Shown one piece after another: positions 54,538 through 64,000 of a DNA stretch of 64,000 nt. Origin of the DNA: an uncultured Acidobacteriota bacterium (GTDB taxonomy: Bacteria > Acidobacteriota > Thermoanaerobaculia > Gp7-AA8). The first letter of the stretch is position 1, and every line of letters begins with the position of its first letter. The position numbers were made by a program, and so were the translations under genes. The stretch is taken from positions 960,001 to 1,024,000 of the forward strand of contig CAWGHO010000003.1 of NCBI GenBank assembly GCA_963822445.1. The letters are read 5' to 3'. The notes beneath the pieces were generated by a model. It searched no databases and had not been told where the DNA came from. It saw only the letters and a list, made by a program, of their open reading frames with translations.

Positions 54538-55212
54538 TCAAACGCCTAGCCGCTCGCGGACGTTGTCGCGATAAACCCGTCCGACCCGCACGATCGAATC
54601 ATCGTTCAGCACCAGCGCGGCCGAGCGGACTCCGCGCACGTGGTCGAAATTCGCGATGTACGAGCGGTGAACGCGCGCGAAGCACGCCGGCAGCATCGAC
54701 TCGAGCGACGTGAGCGTCTTCTCGTGCAGGTGCACGTTGCCGTCGCGCAGATGGAGCTCGGAGTAATCGTCGGCGCCGCGGATGAAGGTGATGTCGTCGA
54801 CGCGGATCGTGCGCAGCTCGCGGCCCTTGCGGACGACCAGGCATCGCGCGCGGCCGGGTGACGTGCGGTCGGTTGCACGCTCGACGGCGACGCGCAGCCG
54901 TTCCGCCGTCCAGGGTTTTGCGACGAAATCGGCGACGCCGTAGTCGAACGCGCGAACGGCCTGCTCGTGATGCGCGGAGACGACCACCGTCTGAAAGGGC
55001 GAAGCGGATGCTTCTTCCAGCAGTTTGAAGCCATCGCTACCGTTCAGATTCAGATCGAGAAAGAGAAGGTCGAACCGGCGCGTCATCAGCGTCCGCGCGG
55101 CGGAAAGGGAAGGCGCGAGGTCGATCGTGGCGTCGACACCAACGATGTCCCGCACCATCCTCTCGAGCCTGCGCGCGACGATGGCTTCATCTTCGACGAT
55201 GGCGATCTTCAC
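54538..55212 (-). CDS. LytTR-family response regulator
   Basis: IVEDE, LFLDLNL, FVAKP, FARVHRSYIAN; GTG start overlaps the kinase stop. Confidence 0.92.
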   Translation of the reverse strand: MKIAIVEDEAIVARRLERMVRDIVGVDATIDLAPSLSAARTLMTRRFDLLFLDLNLNGSDGFKLLEEASASPFQTVVVSAHHEQAVRAFDYGVADFVAKPWTAERLRVAVERATDRTSPGRARCLVVRKGRELRTIRVDDITFIRGADDYSELHLRDGNVHLHEKTLTSLESMLPACFARVHRSYIANFDHVRGVRSAALVLNDDSIVRVGRVYRDNVRERLGV

Positions 55213-56879
55213 GCCGGCACCTCCAGCTCGGCGCGCCAAAGCGAGCCGGCGCGTCCCTGGCGGAAGGTCCAGGCCTCGCCCCACGCCTCGCGCAGACGCG
55301 CTTCGATGTACTTCGTGCCGGTTCCGTTCGCGCCGTTGCTCTCGTCGCCAGCGGGCGCTTCGAACACGTACCGCACGCGCGATCCCGATTGCGACGCCGA
55401 CAAGCGCAACGTGACTTTCGGTGACGCCGCGCCATGCGTTACGGCGTTCTCCACGAGCGTGTGAAAAACGGCCGGTGGCACGCGATGCGATCCGTCGATG
55501 CCTTCGACTTCGAGGTCGTACGCCACATCCTTGCGAAGGCTCATGTTCGCGAGATGGCTCCGGCAGAGCCGCAGTTCATCGTCCGCGCTGACCAGCGTCG
55601 CCGTCGACATCTCGCCGAGGATGCGCAGCTCGTCGGCCAGGGCGTCGATCATCCGCACGGCGGTTCGCGGTTCCTGCTCGATCCATTCGGAAAGCGCGGT
55701 GAGCGTGTTCATCAGAAAGTGCGGCTGCAGATGCCGCTTGAGCATCTCCACTTCCAGCCGCGCCGATCGCACGACCGCCTCGGTCTTCTGCTGCTGCTCG
55801 CGCCGCACTTCGAGCGCGTGCGAGCAGAGAAGGCAGACGAACAGGAAGATCGAGCGCGAAGTACAGCCGGCTGTCGACCCAGGCCCAGGGGTTCTGCCAG
55901 AACGCTGCGGTCGCACCACCGACGCCGATGAACGCGAGCACGCTGCCGTTCATCCGCCTGATGGCCGCCCACGTCGTCCACGCCGCGGCGACGCTGAGGC
56001 AGAGCGCGAAGATATAGCCGGACTTCGGATCCCAGCCCGCGCGGAAAGATCGGGATGATCGCGGCGATCAACGCCGTGAGTCCGAGCAGCGCACGCCCGA
56101 ACCTGCCCGGGAATCGCGTCACCACCAAGCGCCACGAGCAGCACGCCGGTCAGCCACGACAGCCCGACCACGCATCGCAGCCGCACGATGTGCCAGTCAT
56201 ACGTGTACCCGAACAGCGGCCGCCACGCCTCGGCGGCGAGCAACCCGCCCGCAGCGAGACAGAGGACGCCGAGGAGGAGGAAGGAAGCGGTCTCGGCGGG
56301 TGAGCCAGAACATCGCGAATGCGAAGACCGTGGTGAGGACGATGCCGCTCAGCGCCGCGAGGGCGATTGCGCGGTGCGCGTCCGCATCGCGATGATCCGG
56401 TCGTAATTGCCGAGCTGGATGCCCCAGTAGCCGTGCACCGGCGAAAAGCCGCGATGAAACACCGACATGCGGATTGCCACGGTGTGCATGCCCGGCGCGA
56501 TCAGACGATCGGGGACGTGGTAGTGCGCCTCGATCGGGCCCGGAACCTCGCTCGCTTTCGTGCGGCCGACGACACCTCCGCCGCCGATCTTCTCGCCGTC
56601 CCACCAGATCTCGTGCGAGGCCATGCCGCCGAAGTAGATGCCGAACGGGTGACCCGGCTTCACTTTGAATTCGGTCAGATCGAGTTTCAGGCGAACCCAC
56701 AGCGAATCGTCGGGTTGCGGCAACTTGTCGAACGACGCCTCGATCCACTGCGATTCATCGAGCGACCGCGCGGACCACGACGGATCGTGACCGACGCGAT
56801 AGCGCAGCGTTCCGTCCCACGCACGAGGCGGCTCGGCGGCGGCCGTCGTCGCCGCAAGAACGAGCGCGAGAAGGAGCAT
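55209..56879 (-). CDS. LytS/YehU-family sensor histidine kinase (multiple frameshifts)
   Basis: LKRHLQPHFLMNTL, TLVENAVTHG; periplasmic domain and TM segments in shifting frames. Confidence 0.82.
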
Positions 56880-56990
56880 GACCGGCACGGTAGCAGCGCG
56901 CGAGTGACGCTCACCGACGCGCGGCGTCGTTCGCCGATGCGCGCGCATCCGCGGTCGTGGGTCTGCGTACGTTCGTGTCGGAGGCAATGA

Positions 56991-58710
56991 ATGCTCATAC
57001 GAATGGCAGTACTGACAGTTGCGATCGCAGCAAGCGCCGCGGCCGCGCCGGCCCCTGCTAAAGCCACGTTCACACCGATGACGTTTGAAGCGCAGGACGG
57101 ACAGAAAGTCGCCGCGGAGAAAGGGGAGTTCACCGTCCCCGAGAACCGAAACAAACCCGGATCGCGGAACATCGCCATCCGCTTCGTCCGCTTCAAATCG
57201 ACCGCGGCGAATCCCGGGCCATCCCATCGTTTATCTGGCCGGCGGACCGGGAGGTTCAGGGATCGGCGCCGCGATGTCGACGCGCTTTCCGCTCTTCATG
57301 TCATTCCGCGAGCACGCCGACGTGATCGCCTACGACCAGCGCGGGACCAACGAGTCGGGCGGCGCGGATTTGCGGTGCTCCGAGGAGTACGTGATTGCAC
57401 CGAATCAACCGCTGGATCGGGTGCAAAGGCGGCGCGGCCATGGCCGCGCCATGCGCAAATGCGCCGAGCGGCTGACCGCGGCGGGAGTGGACCTCGCCGG
57501 CTACAACACGCGCGAGAGCGCCGCCGATCTCGAGGATCTCCGCAAAGCCCTCGGCGCGGAGAAGCTCGTGCTCTGGGGCATCAGCTACGGGACGCACCTG
57601 GCCGCGGCCGATGCTGCGCTATCACCCGCGATCCGTCGAGCGCGTGATCCTCGCGGGGATCGAAGGGCCCGACGACACGTACAAGCTTCCCAGCGATCAG
57701 CAGACGTTGATGGAGGAGATCGCGCGTCTCGCGGCGCGCGACGGAAAGCATCCCGATCTCCTCGGCGCAATCGGAAAGCTCATGCGCCGAGCTCGAGGCG
57801 CGCCCGAAGTCGCGTGTCGCTCACGCATCCGCTGAACGATCAGACGGCGACGTTCGTCTTCGGCAAGCTCGACCTGCAGAGGGCGCTCGCCGACATGCTC
57901 TTCGCGCCGGATTCATTCGCGGCGATGCCCGATCTCGTCGCGCGACTCGAGCGAGGGCGACTGGACCGCCCTCGGACTGGCCGCCGGCCGCCGGCGCGAT
58001 TCGGACCCGGCGCCTCGGGCGATGTCTGTGGCCATGGACTGCGCGTCAGGCATCAGCGACGCGCGCAGACAACGCATCGCCGAGGAGGCGAAGCGGACGC
58101 TGCTCGGCGACGCGATCAACATGCCCTTTCCCGAGATCTGCGCGGCGGTGAATGTCCCCGACGCGGGCGACGCGTTTCGCGGCGCCGGTCGTGAGCGACG
58201 TTCCGGCGCTCCTGATCAGCGGAACGCTGGATGGCCGCACGCGGCCGCGGCAGGCCGAGGAGCTGCGGTTGACGATGCCGAACGCGCGAGCAACTGGTCA
58301 TCGAGGGCGCGGGACACAGCGACCCGCTCTTTCTCTCCTCGCCGAAGATCCTCGAGGCCATGAAAGCGTTCCTGCGCGGCGAGCCGTTGCGCGAGCGCTA
58401 TCTGACCGCGCCGCCGGCGACGTTCCTCGCCGCGCGCAAGGTCGCCGCAGTCGGCGACGACGTGCTCGGACGCTACGTGGGCACTTACCGGATCGACGAG
58501 AAGAACGCCCGCCGGGTGATCAAGGCCGGCTCGGTGCTGTACACCCTTCGCGAAGGCAGCCAGCCCTTCGCGATCCGGCCGGCATCGGAGACCGAGTTCT
58601 TCTACGAGGCCACGCCGAGCACGATCCGTTTCGAGGTGAAGGAAGGAAAGGTCGTGGCGATGGTTTTTCGCGGACCGGACGGGGTGGAGCAGCGGGCGGT
58701 GAGGGAGTAG
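56991..58710 (+). CDS. Secreted alpha/beta hydrolase (TAP-like peptidase) with DUF3471-like C-terminus (multiple frameshifts)
   Basis: VPENR, YLAGGPGGSG, DQRGT, DLEDLRKALG, WGISYGT, GTLDGRT, GAGH; YVGTY C-terminal domain. Confidence 0.82.
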
Positions 58711-58728
58711 GGAAGTAGAATCCAGCGC

Positions 58729-59082
58729 ATGGCCCTCGTCATCCGCTGGATTCTCAACACCCTGGCCCTGTTCCTCGTCGTCACGGTCGTCCCCGGCTTC
58801 CACTACCGCTCGTGGATTTCGCTGGTAATTGCCGCCGCTGTGCTAGGGCTGCTGAACACGATCGTCCGGCCGATTCTCTTCTTCCTCACGCTGCCGCTCA
58901 CGGTCATCACCCTGGGCCTGTTTCTGCTGATTCTGAACGGGATCATGCTCGAGCTGACGGCCTGGCTCGTCCCGGGATTCGACATCGACTCCTTCTGGTG
59001 GGCCATCGTCGGCGCGCTCGTTCTGGCCATCGTTTCGCTGGTCACGAATCGCATCGGTCCGCAGCGGGATGAGCGGCGCTGA
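58729..59082 (+). CDS. YvlD-like 4-TM membrane protein (phage_holin_4_2 family)
   Basis: GLLNTIVRPILFFLTLPLTVITLGLFLLILNG. Confidence 0.88.
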   Translation: MALVIRWILNTLALFLVVTVVPGFHYRSWISLVIAAAVLGLLNTIVRPILFFLTLPLTVITLGLFLLILNGIMLELTAWLVPGFDIDSFWWAIVGALVLAIVSLVTNRIGPQRDERR

Positions 59083-59188
59083 TGACTAAATGCCCCGCGA
59101 GGACGAAGCGACTGGCGATCCGCACGTGCGTCAGCGCAGCAACCAGCGCAACCGGCCGTGCCGGTCTGGTACTATTCGGCCCGTCCGT

Positions 59189-59539
59189 ATGAACATCATC
59201 AAAAACAGGGTGAATGACGTCACCGTTCTCGACATTCAGGGCGTGATCAAGCTCGGCGAGAGCGCCCGCGAGTTCTCCAGCTACCTGGAGAAGGTCCTCA
59301 ACGACGAGACCGGGCCGGTGATGATCAATTTCGAGGCGATCAACTACATGGACTCGACCGGTCTCGGCGAGTTGATCGGCTACCTGCAGAAGTTCGAGGA
59401 CAGGCAGCGCAAGATGGCCCTGGTCAAGCCCTCCCACCGCATCCTGGCCCTGCTGAAGATCACCAAGCTGGACACGGTGTTCAAGATCTTCGACTCGCGC
59501 GAAACGGCCATGCAGTACCTGACCGAGAGCGCGGCGTAA
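59189..59539 (+). CDS. STAS-domain anti-sigma factor antagonist
   Basis: VLDIQG, INYMDSTGLGELI, LKITKLDTVF. Confidence 0.9.
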   Translation: MNIIKNRVNDVTVLDIQGVIKLGESAREFSSYLEKVLNDETGPVMINFEAINYMDSTGLGELIGYLQKFEDRQRKMALVKPSHRILALLKITKLDTVFKIFDSRETAMQYLTESAA

Positions 59540-59600
59540 CCCTTCCGGCCGCGAAGTTGCTTCCCCCCGTATCGCGCGACTAGTATTCGCCCGCCTTTTT

Positions 59601-59978
59601 ATGACGAACAGTTACATCCCCATCCTGATCATGCTCATCATCGCCGCGGGCATGGGCGCGCTCTTCCTGAGCCTGAACTGGTTCCTCGGAAAGCATCAGC
59701 GGAATCCGTCGAAGCTGGCCCCGTACGAGAGCGGCGTGCCCCTCCTCGACGAGAGCCGGAAGCGGGTCAACGTCCGCTTCTACCAGATCGCGATGCTGTT
59801 CATCCTGTTCGACATCGAGGCCGCGTTCCTCTATCCCTGGGCGGTCATCTATCGCGACGCAACGCGCGGCCCGAGCGGCCTGTCCTGGTTCATCTTCGGC
59901 GAGATGCTGCTCTTCATCCTTCTCCTCGGCGTGGGCTACGTCTACGTCTGGAAGAAGAAGACTTTTGACTGGAAGTAA
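59601..59978 (+). CDS. nuoA: NADH-quinone oxidoreductase subunit A
   Basis: KLAPYESG, FYQIAMLFILFDIE..FLYPW. Confidence 0.95.
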   Translation: MTNSYIPILIMLIIAAGMGALFLSLNWFLGKHQRNPSKLAPYESGVPLLDESRKRVNVRFYQIAMLFILFDIEAAFLYPWAVIYRDATRGPSGLSWFIFGEMLLFILLLGVGYVYVWKKKTFDWK

Positions 59979-59986
59979 CGTCCGAC

Positions 59987-60517
59987 ATGGCCGATCTCCA
60001 ACCCGACAATCCCTACGCCAGAGAGCGTTTCCCCGAGCTCGAAAAAACCGTCGAGTTTCCCGAAGAGGCGAAGAAGCGCTTCGAGTACATCCTCACGCGC
60101 TACCCGACGAAGGAAGCCGCGCTGCTGCCGACGTTGCATCTCGTGCAGGAGCTGTGGGGCTATATCTCGCCCGAGGCGGTGCACTACGTCGGCGAGCTGC
60201 TCGATCTGTCGCCGGCGACCGTCTTCGGCGTCGTCTCGTTCTACGACATGTACGACCAGAAACCGGTCGGCAAGTACCGCCTGCGTGTCTGCACGAACCT
60301 GAGCTGCATGGTCTCGAACGCGTACGACATCTACGAGCATCTCTGCGACCGGCTGAAGGTCAACCCGCACGAGACCACGAAGGACGGCCTGTACACCGTC
60401 CTCGAAGTGGAGTGCCTCGGATCCTGCGGCACCGCGCCGGTCGTGCAGGTCAACAACGACTACCACGAGAACATGAACGTCGAGAAGATGGACGCTCTGC
60501 TGGAGCGCCTGAAATGA
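59987..60517 (+). CDS. nuoE: NADH-quinone oxidoreductase subunit E
   Basis: VCTNLSC, ECLGSCGTAP. Confidence 0.95.
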   Translation: MADLQPDNPYARERFPELEKTVEFPEEAKKRFEYILTRYPTKEAALLPTLHLVQELWGYISPEAVHYVGELLDLSPATVFGVVSFYDMYDQKPVGKYRLRVCTNLSCMVSNAYDIYEHLCDRLKVNPHETTKDGLYTVLEVECLGSCGTAPVVQVNNDYHENMNVEKMDALLERLK

Positions 60518-61827
60518 CGGAACCGATCCGGGTCCTGACTGCAAACATCGACAAGCCGAACTCCACGTCGATCGACACCTACGTCCAGGGCGGTGGCTAC
60601 GAGGCCGCGCGCAAAGCGCTGGGGATGAAGTGGGAAGAAGTCATCCAGCTGGTGAAGGATTCCGAGCTCCGCGGACGCGGCGGCGCGGGATTCCCCACGG
60701 GGATGAAGTGGTCTTTCGTGCCGCGCAATGCGCCGCTGCCGACGTACCTCCTGGCGAACGCCGACGAAGCCGAGCCGGGCACGTTCAAGGACCGGGTCAT
60801 CATCGAGAAGGATCCCCATCTCCTCATCGAGGGGATGATCATCTCCGCGTATGCCATCGGCTCGAATCCGATGGCCTACATCTACATCCGCGGCGAGTTC
60901 CATTACGGCGCGACCGTGCTGGTGAAAGCGCTCGAGGAAGCGCGCGCCAAAGGCTTCCTCGGCAAGAACATCTTCGGCAGCGGCTTCGACTTCGACATCA
61001 CCGTCCACCGCGGCGCCGGTGCATACATCTGCGGCGAGGAAACGGGCCTGATCGAATCGGTGGAAGGGCATCGCGGCCAGCCGCGCGTCAAGCCGCCGTT
61101 CCCCGCGGTCGTCGGCGTGTTCGGCGGTCCGACCGTCGTGCAGAACGTGGAGACCCTGGCCTGCGTGCCGTTGATCGTGAAGAACGGCGCGGACTGGTTC
61201 AAATCATTCGGAAGCCCGAAGAACACCGGGCCGAAGCTCTACTGCGTTTCCGGAAAAGTGAAGAAGCCGGGCGTGTACGAGTTCCCGATGGGCATGAACC
61301 TCAAGGAACTGATTTACGACCACTGCGGCGGCATCGTTGGCGACAAGAAACTCAAAGCCGTCATCCCCGGCGGTGCGTCCGCGCCGATGCTCCTTCCCGA
61401 CGAGATCGACCTGCCGCTGAACTTCGACGCGGTGATGAAAGCCGGGTCGATGCTCGGATCGGCGGGGATCATCGTTCTCGACGAAACGGTGTGCATCGTC
61501 GACGCGGTCTGGCGTCTGGCGAAGTTCTTCGCCCACGAGTCCTGCGGCCAGTGCACGCCCTGCCGCGAGGGAACGAACTGGATGGAGTCGATCCTCGATC
61601 GTCTGGAGCGCGGTGAAGGGCGGAAACAGGACGCCGATCTGCTCCTGGACATGTCCGACAACATCGGCGGCAAGTCCCTCTGCGCCCTCGGCGACGCGGC
61701 CATCGGCCCGGTCATCTCGTCGGTGAAGAAGTTCCGCGACGAGTACCTGCACCACGTCGAGCACAAGAGCTGTCTCCCCGGCACGAAGCGGTATCGCCGG
61801 CTGGACATGCCCGTCGGCGCGCACTGA
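60514..61827 (+). CDS. nuoF: NADH-quinone oxidoreductase subunit F
   Basis: LRGRGGAGFPTGMKW, GAGAYICGEETG, ESCGQCTPCREG. Confidence 0.96.
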   Translation: MTEPIRVLTANIDKPNSTSIDTYVQGGGYEAARKALGMKWEEVIQLVKDSELRGRGGAGFPTGMKWSFVPRNAPLPTYLLANADEAEPGTFKDRVIIEKDPHLLIEGMIISAYAIGSNPMAYIYIRGEFHYGATVLVKALEEARAKGFLGKNIFGSGFDFDITVHRGAGAYICGEETGLIESVEGHRGQPRVKPPFPAVVGVFGGPTVVQNVETLACVPLIVKNGADWFKSFGSPKNTGPKLYCVSGKVKKPGVYEFPMGMNLKELIYDHCGGIVGDKKLKAVIPGGASAPMLLPDEIDLPLNFDAVMKAGSMLGSAGIIVLDETVCIVDAVWRLAKFFAHESCGQCTPCREGTNWMESILDRLERGEGRKQDADLLLDMSDNIGGKSLCALGDAAIGPVISSVKKFRDEYLHHVEHKSCLPGTKRYRRLDMPVGAH

Positions 61828-61912
61828 CGAAAGTCACCTTTTTCCGCTGACACCCGTGACTGCTTCCGTAGCCTCCCGGGCGCTACATTGCGTCCTGTAA
61901 GGAGGCAGTTCA

Positions 61913-62431
61913 ATGAAGTTCATGCGTGTGTTGCTGATGTTCGCCCTGGCGTTCCCGGTCTTCGCGGCCGATGAGATGAAGAAGCTCGATTTCCTGATCG
62001 GCGAATGGAAAGGGGAGGCCTGGTGGCAGATGGGAGGGCCGAACGCGAAGCGCGAGTACGCCCTTCAGCACGAGAAGGTCACCCCCCGCGCCGGCGGTAA
62101 CGCCCTGCTGGTCGAAGGAATCGGCCGTACGAAAAAAGAGGACGGCTCCGCCGGTGAGATCGTCCACGACGCCCTGGCCCTGCTCCGCTGGGACGACGCC
62201 GCGAAGCAGTACCGCTTCTCCACCGCCGTCGCCGGCCGTGGCACCGCCGAGCCGACCTTCGAGGTAACCGGCCCGAACAAAGCGGTCTGGAGCATGGATC
62301 TCCCCCAGGGAAAGATGCGCTACACCATCACCCTCAACGAGAAAGGGGAGTGGTTCGAAGTGGGCGAGTACTCCCGCGACGGCGAGAAGTGGTCGAAGTT
62401 CCTGGAGATGACGCTGGTGAAGGTGAAGTAG
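61913..62431 (+). CDS. Secreted DUF1579-like beta-barrel protein
   Basis: Signal peptide, MKKLDFLIGEWKG, SRDGEKW. Confidence 0.7.
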   Translation: MKFMRVLLMFALAFPVFAADEMKKLDFLIGEWKGEAWWQMGGPNAKREYALQHEKVTPRAGGNALLVEGIGRTKKEDGSAGEIVHDALALLRWDDAAKQYRFSTAVAGRGTAEPTFEVTGPNKAVWSMDLPQGKMRYTITLNEKGEWFEVGEYSRDGEKWSKFLEMTLVKVK

Positions 62432-62438
62432 GTAAATA

Positions 62439-62490
62439 GGTTGCGGGGTTTCGGGGTTGCGAGGTTCTGACCCCGTAACCCCGCAACCCC
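62439..62490. repeat. Inverted 8-mer tandem repeats (GGTTGCGG)
   Basis: ggttgcgg ggtttcgg ggttgcga ... ccgtaacc ccgcaacc. Confidence 0.75.
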
Positions 62491-62493
62491 ATT

Positions 62494-62520
62494 TGCAATC
62501 GATCCCCGAAATCCTGCGTA
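62494..62520 (+). promoter_or_regulatory. Putative ECF autoregulatory promoter
   Basis: TGCAAT...CGTA, 12 nt upstream of the ECF sigma start. Confidence 0.5.
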
Positions 62521-62532
62521 TATAGCCCCAGG

Positions 62533-63075
62533 ATGACGGCGATCTTGACCGAACCGATCGACTTTCCGACCGCGCTGAAACGAGCGCAGGGCGGCGATCA
62601 CGACGCCTTCGCGGAACTGGTCGAGCAGCACGAGGCCATGGTCTACAGCCTCGGCTACCACTTCTTCTCCGACCGCGGCCGCGCCGAGGAGATCGCGCAG
62701 GACGTCTTCCTGCAGCTCTATCGGAACCTCGGCACCATCGAATCCGAATCCCACCTTCTCTTCTGGCTGCGCCAGGTCACGACCCGCCGCTGCATCGACC
62801 AGACCCGCCGATTCCGCATGAAAGCGGTCCGCCTCGAAGACGCCGGCGAGCTTCGCGCCGCCGATCGCCACACCGACTTCCTGCGCGACAAGAAGCTCCG
62901 CGAGCTCATCGCCGAGCTGCCCGATCTTCAACGCGCCGTCGTCACCCTCCGCTACCAGGAAGACCTCGATCCGTCGGAGATCTGCCAGATCGTCGACATG
63001 CCCGTCAACACCGTCAAAAGCCATCTGCACCGCGCACTGCAGTCGCTGCGTAGAAAGCTGGAGAAACACCTATGA
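62533..63075 (+). CDS. ECF RNA polymerase sigma factor
   Basis: AEEIAQDVF, WLRQV, region 4 EICQIVDMPVNTVKSHLHRA. Confidence 0.93.
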   Translation: MTAILTEPIDFPTALKRAQGGDHDAFAELVEQHEAMVYSLGYHFFSDRGRAEEIAQDVFLQLYRNLGTIESESHLLFWLRQVTTRRCIDQTRRFRMKAVRLEDAGELRAADRHTDFLRDKKLRELIAELPDLQRAVVTLRYQEDLDPSEICQIVDMPVNTVKSHLHRALQSLRRKLEKHL

Positions 63076-63371
63076 ACCTCGAACATGATCTGAAACGCGC
63101 ACTTCGACGCGAGTCGCCGGCTCCCGGCTTCGCGGGACGGGTGCTGTCGCGAATCGAACAACCGGAAGTCCGCAAGCGTCCCGTCTGGTGGCGCGCCGCC
63201 GCGGCCTCGGTCACCCTGGCGACCCTTCTCGGCGGATACGGCGCGCACAAAGTCGCCGAGCGCCGCGAACAGGAAAAGGCCGCCGAGCAGGTCATCCTGG
63301 CGATGCAGATCGCCGGCGAGAAAGTTCGCTACGCGCAGCAGGAAGTCCGCGCTATCGGATCCCACAACTGA
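63072..63371 (+). CDS. Putative membrane anti-sigma factor
   Basis: PAPGFAGRVL, single TM, overlaps the sigma stop. Confidence 0.7.
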   Translation: MNLEHDLKRALRRESPAPGFAGRVLSRIEQPEVRKRPVWWRAAAASVTLATLLGGYGAHKVAERREQEKAAEQVILAMQIAGEKVRYAQQEVRAIGSHN

Positions 63372-63386
63372 ATCAAGGAGATCACC

Positions 63387-63926
63387 ATGCGTAAATTCAT
63401 CGTCTCGCTCGCACTCTTGCTCGTCGTCGCCATTCCCGCGTCGGCGCAACGGATCAACCTCGACTTCCTGGCCGACCTCGAAGAGCGCGCCGACGAAGTG
63501 GTCGACGTGACTCTCGACGCGAACATGCTCCGGATGGCCGCGAAGATCTTCAACGGACGCGACCACGATCAACGCGCCATCGGCGACATGGTCCGCGGCC
63601 TCGAAGGCATCTACGTCCGAAGCTACGAGTTCGCCGATGACGGGCAGTACGACCGCAAGCTCCTCGACCGCGTGAAGAGCCAGCTCGGCAACACCTGGAA
63701 GCCGCTGGTCACCGTCCGCAGCAAGAAGAAAGAGAACGTGAACATCTGGGCGGACATGCGGGGCGAGCGCGTGGTCGGACTGGTCATCGTCGCTGCCGAG
63801 CCGCGCGAGCTGACGGTCGTCAACATCGTCGGACCGATCGACATCGAGCGGCTCGCCGACCTCGAAGGTGAGTTCGGCATCCCCAACTTCAGCAACGGCA
63901 AGAGCAAGGACCACGACAATGACTAA
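63387..63926 (+). CDS. DUF4252-like periplasmic protein
   Basis: VVDVTLD..ML, GIYVRSYEF, ELTVVNIVGPID. Confidence 0.8.
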   Translation: MRKFIVSLALLLVVAIPASAQRINLDFLADLEERADEVVDVTLDANMLRMAAKIFNGRDHDQRAIGDMVRGLEGIYVRSYEFADDGQYDRKLLDRVKSQLGNTWKPLVTVRSKKKENVNIWADMRGERVVGLVIVAAEPRELTVVNIVGPIDIERLADLEGEFGIPNFSNGKSKDHDND

Positions 63927-64000
63927 GCGTCTGTTCTCGGCGCTGCTTCTCGTCGCGGTCACACTTCCTCTGCATGCCGACTTCGCCGAGGTTGCGCGGG
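63919..64000 (+). CDS. Secreted protein, 3'-truncated by window
   Basis: MTKRLFSALLLVAVTLPLHA signal peptide overlapping the previous stop. Confidence 0.6.
   Translation, partial: MTKRLFSALLLVAVTLPLHADFAEVAR

Noticed and set aside
37257-54799. DGR template/variable repeat pair
   Set aside because: Mismatches are not adenine-specific, many fall at third codon positions, and there is no reverse transcriptase in the window
58729-59082. Prophage suggested by the holin-family gene
   Set aside because: The YvlD-like family is commonly chromosomal and there are no phage genes nearby

Overview
High-GC bacterial chromosome segment, most likely Acidobacteriota (Thermoanaerobaculia-like). This assignment is an inference from the VWA-type protein, the FG-GAP/Ig proteins and their lineage-typical C-terminal domains. 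Left to right: VWA protein, rnc, degenerate EnvC-like M23 and CtpA-like S41 genes; a signalling/surface locus (BTAD-REC regulator, hybrid kinase, ~3230-aa Ig-repeat surface protein, PilZ, NarL-type two-component pair); a minus-strand nuoG-H-J-K-[DUF6335-like]-L-M-N-rex operon with a Rex operator at its promoter; PPIase, response regulator, saccharopine dehydrogenase-like and FG-GAP genes. Next is a ~17-kb integrase-less metal-handling island (37500-54537) bracketed by a ~240-bp diverged direct repeat of the 3' end of a LytTR gene. It encodes an unusual multicopper oxidase, a TonB receptor plus Opp/Nik-type ABC importer, a large mono-heme c protein, and a CtpC-like P1B-ATPase / PacL(FezA)-like small protein / HMA2-fused ABC exporter operon. 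That last operon is the best candidate for an undescribed system. Then come LytS/LytTR, an alpha/beta hydrolase, STAS, nuoA-E-F on the plus strand and an ECF sigma/anti-sigma/DUF4252-like cluster. Several families of small palindromic elements occur, some inside reading frames. Two zones (about 1.5-3.7 kb and 55.9-58.3 kb) are full of frameshifts that look like sequencing or assembly indels. I saw no tRNA, rRNA, CRISPR array, integrase or transposase. All family assignments are from motif recognition by eye, not database searches.
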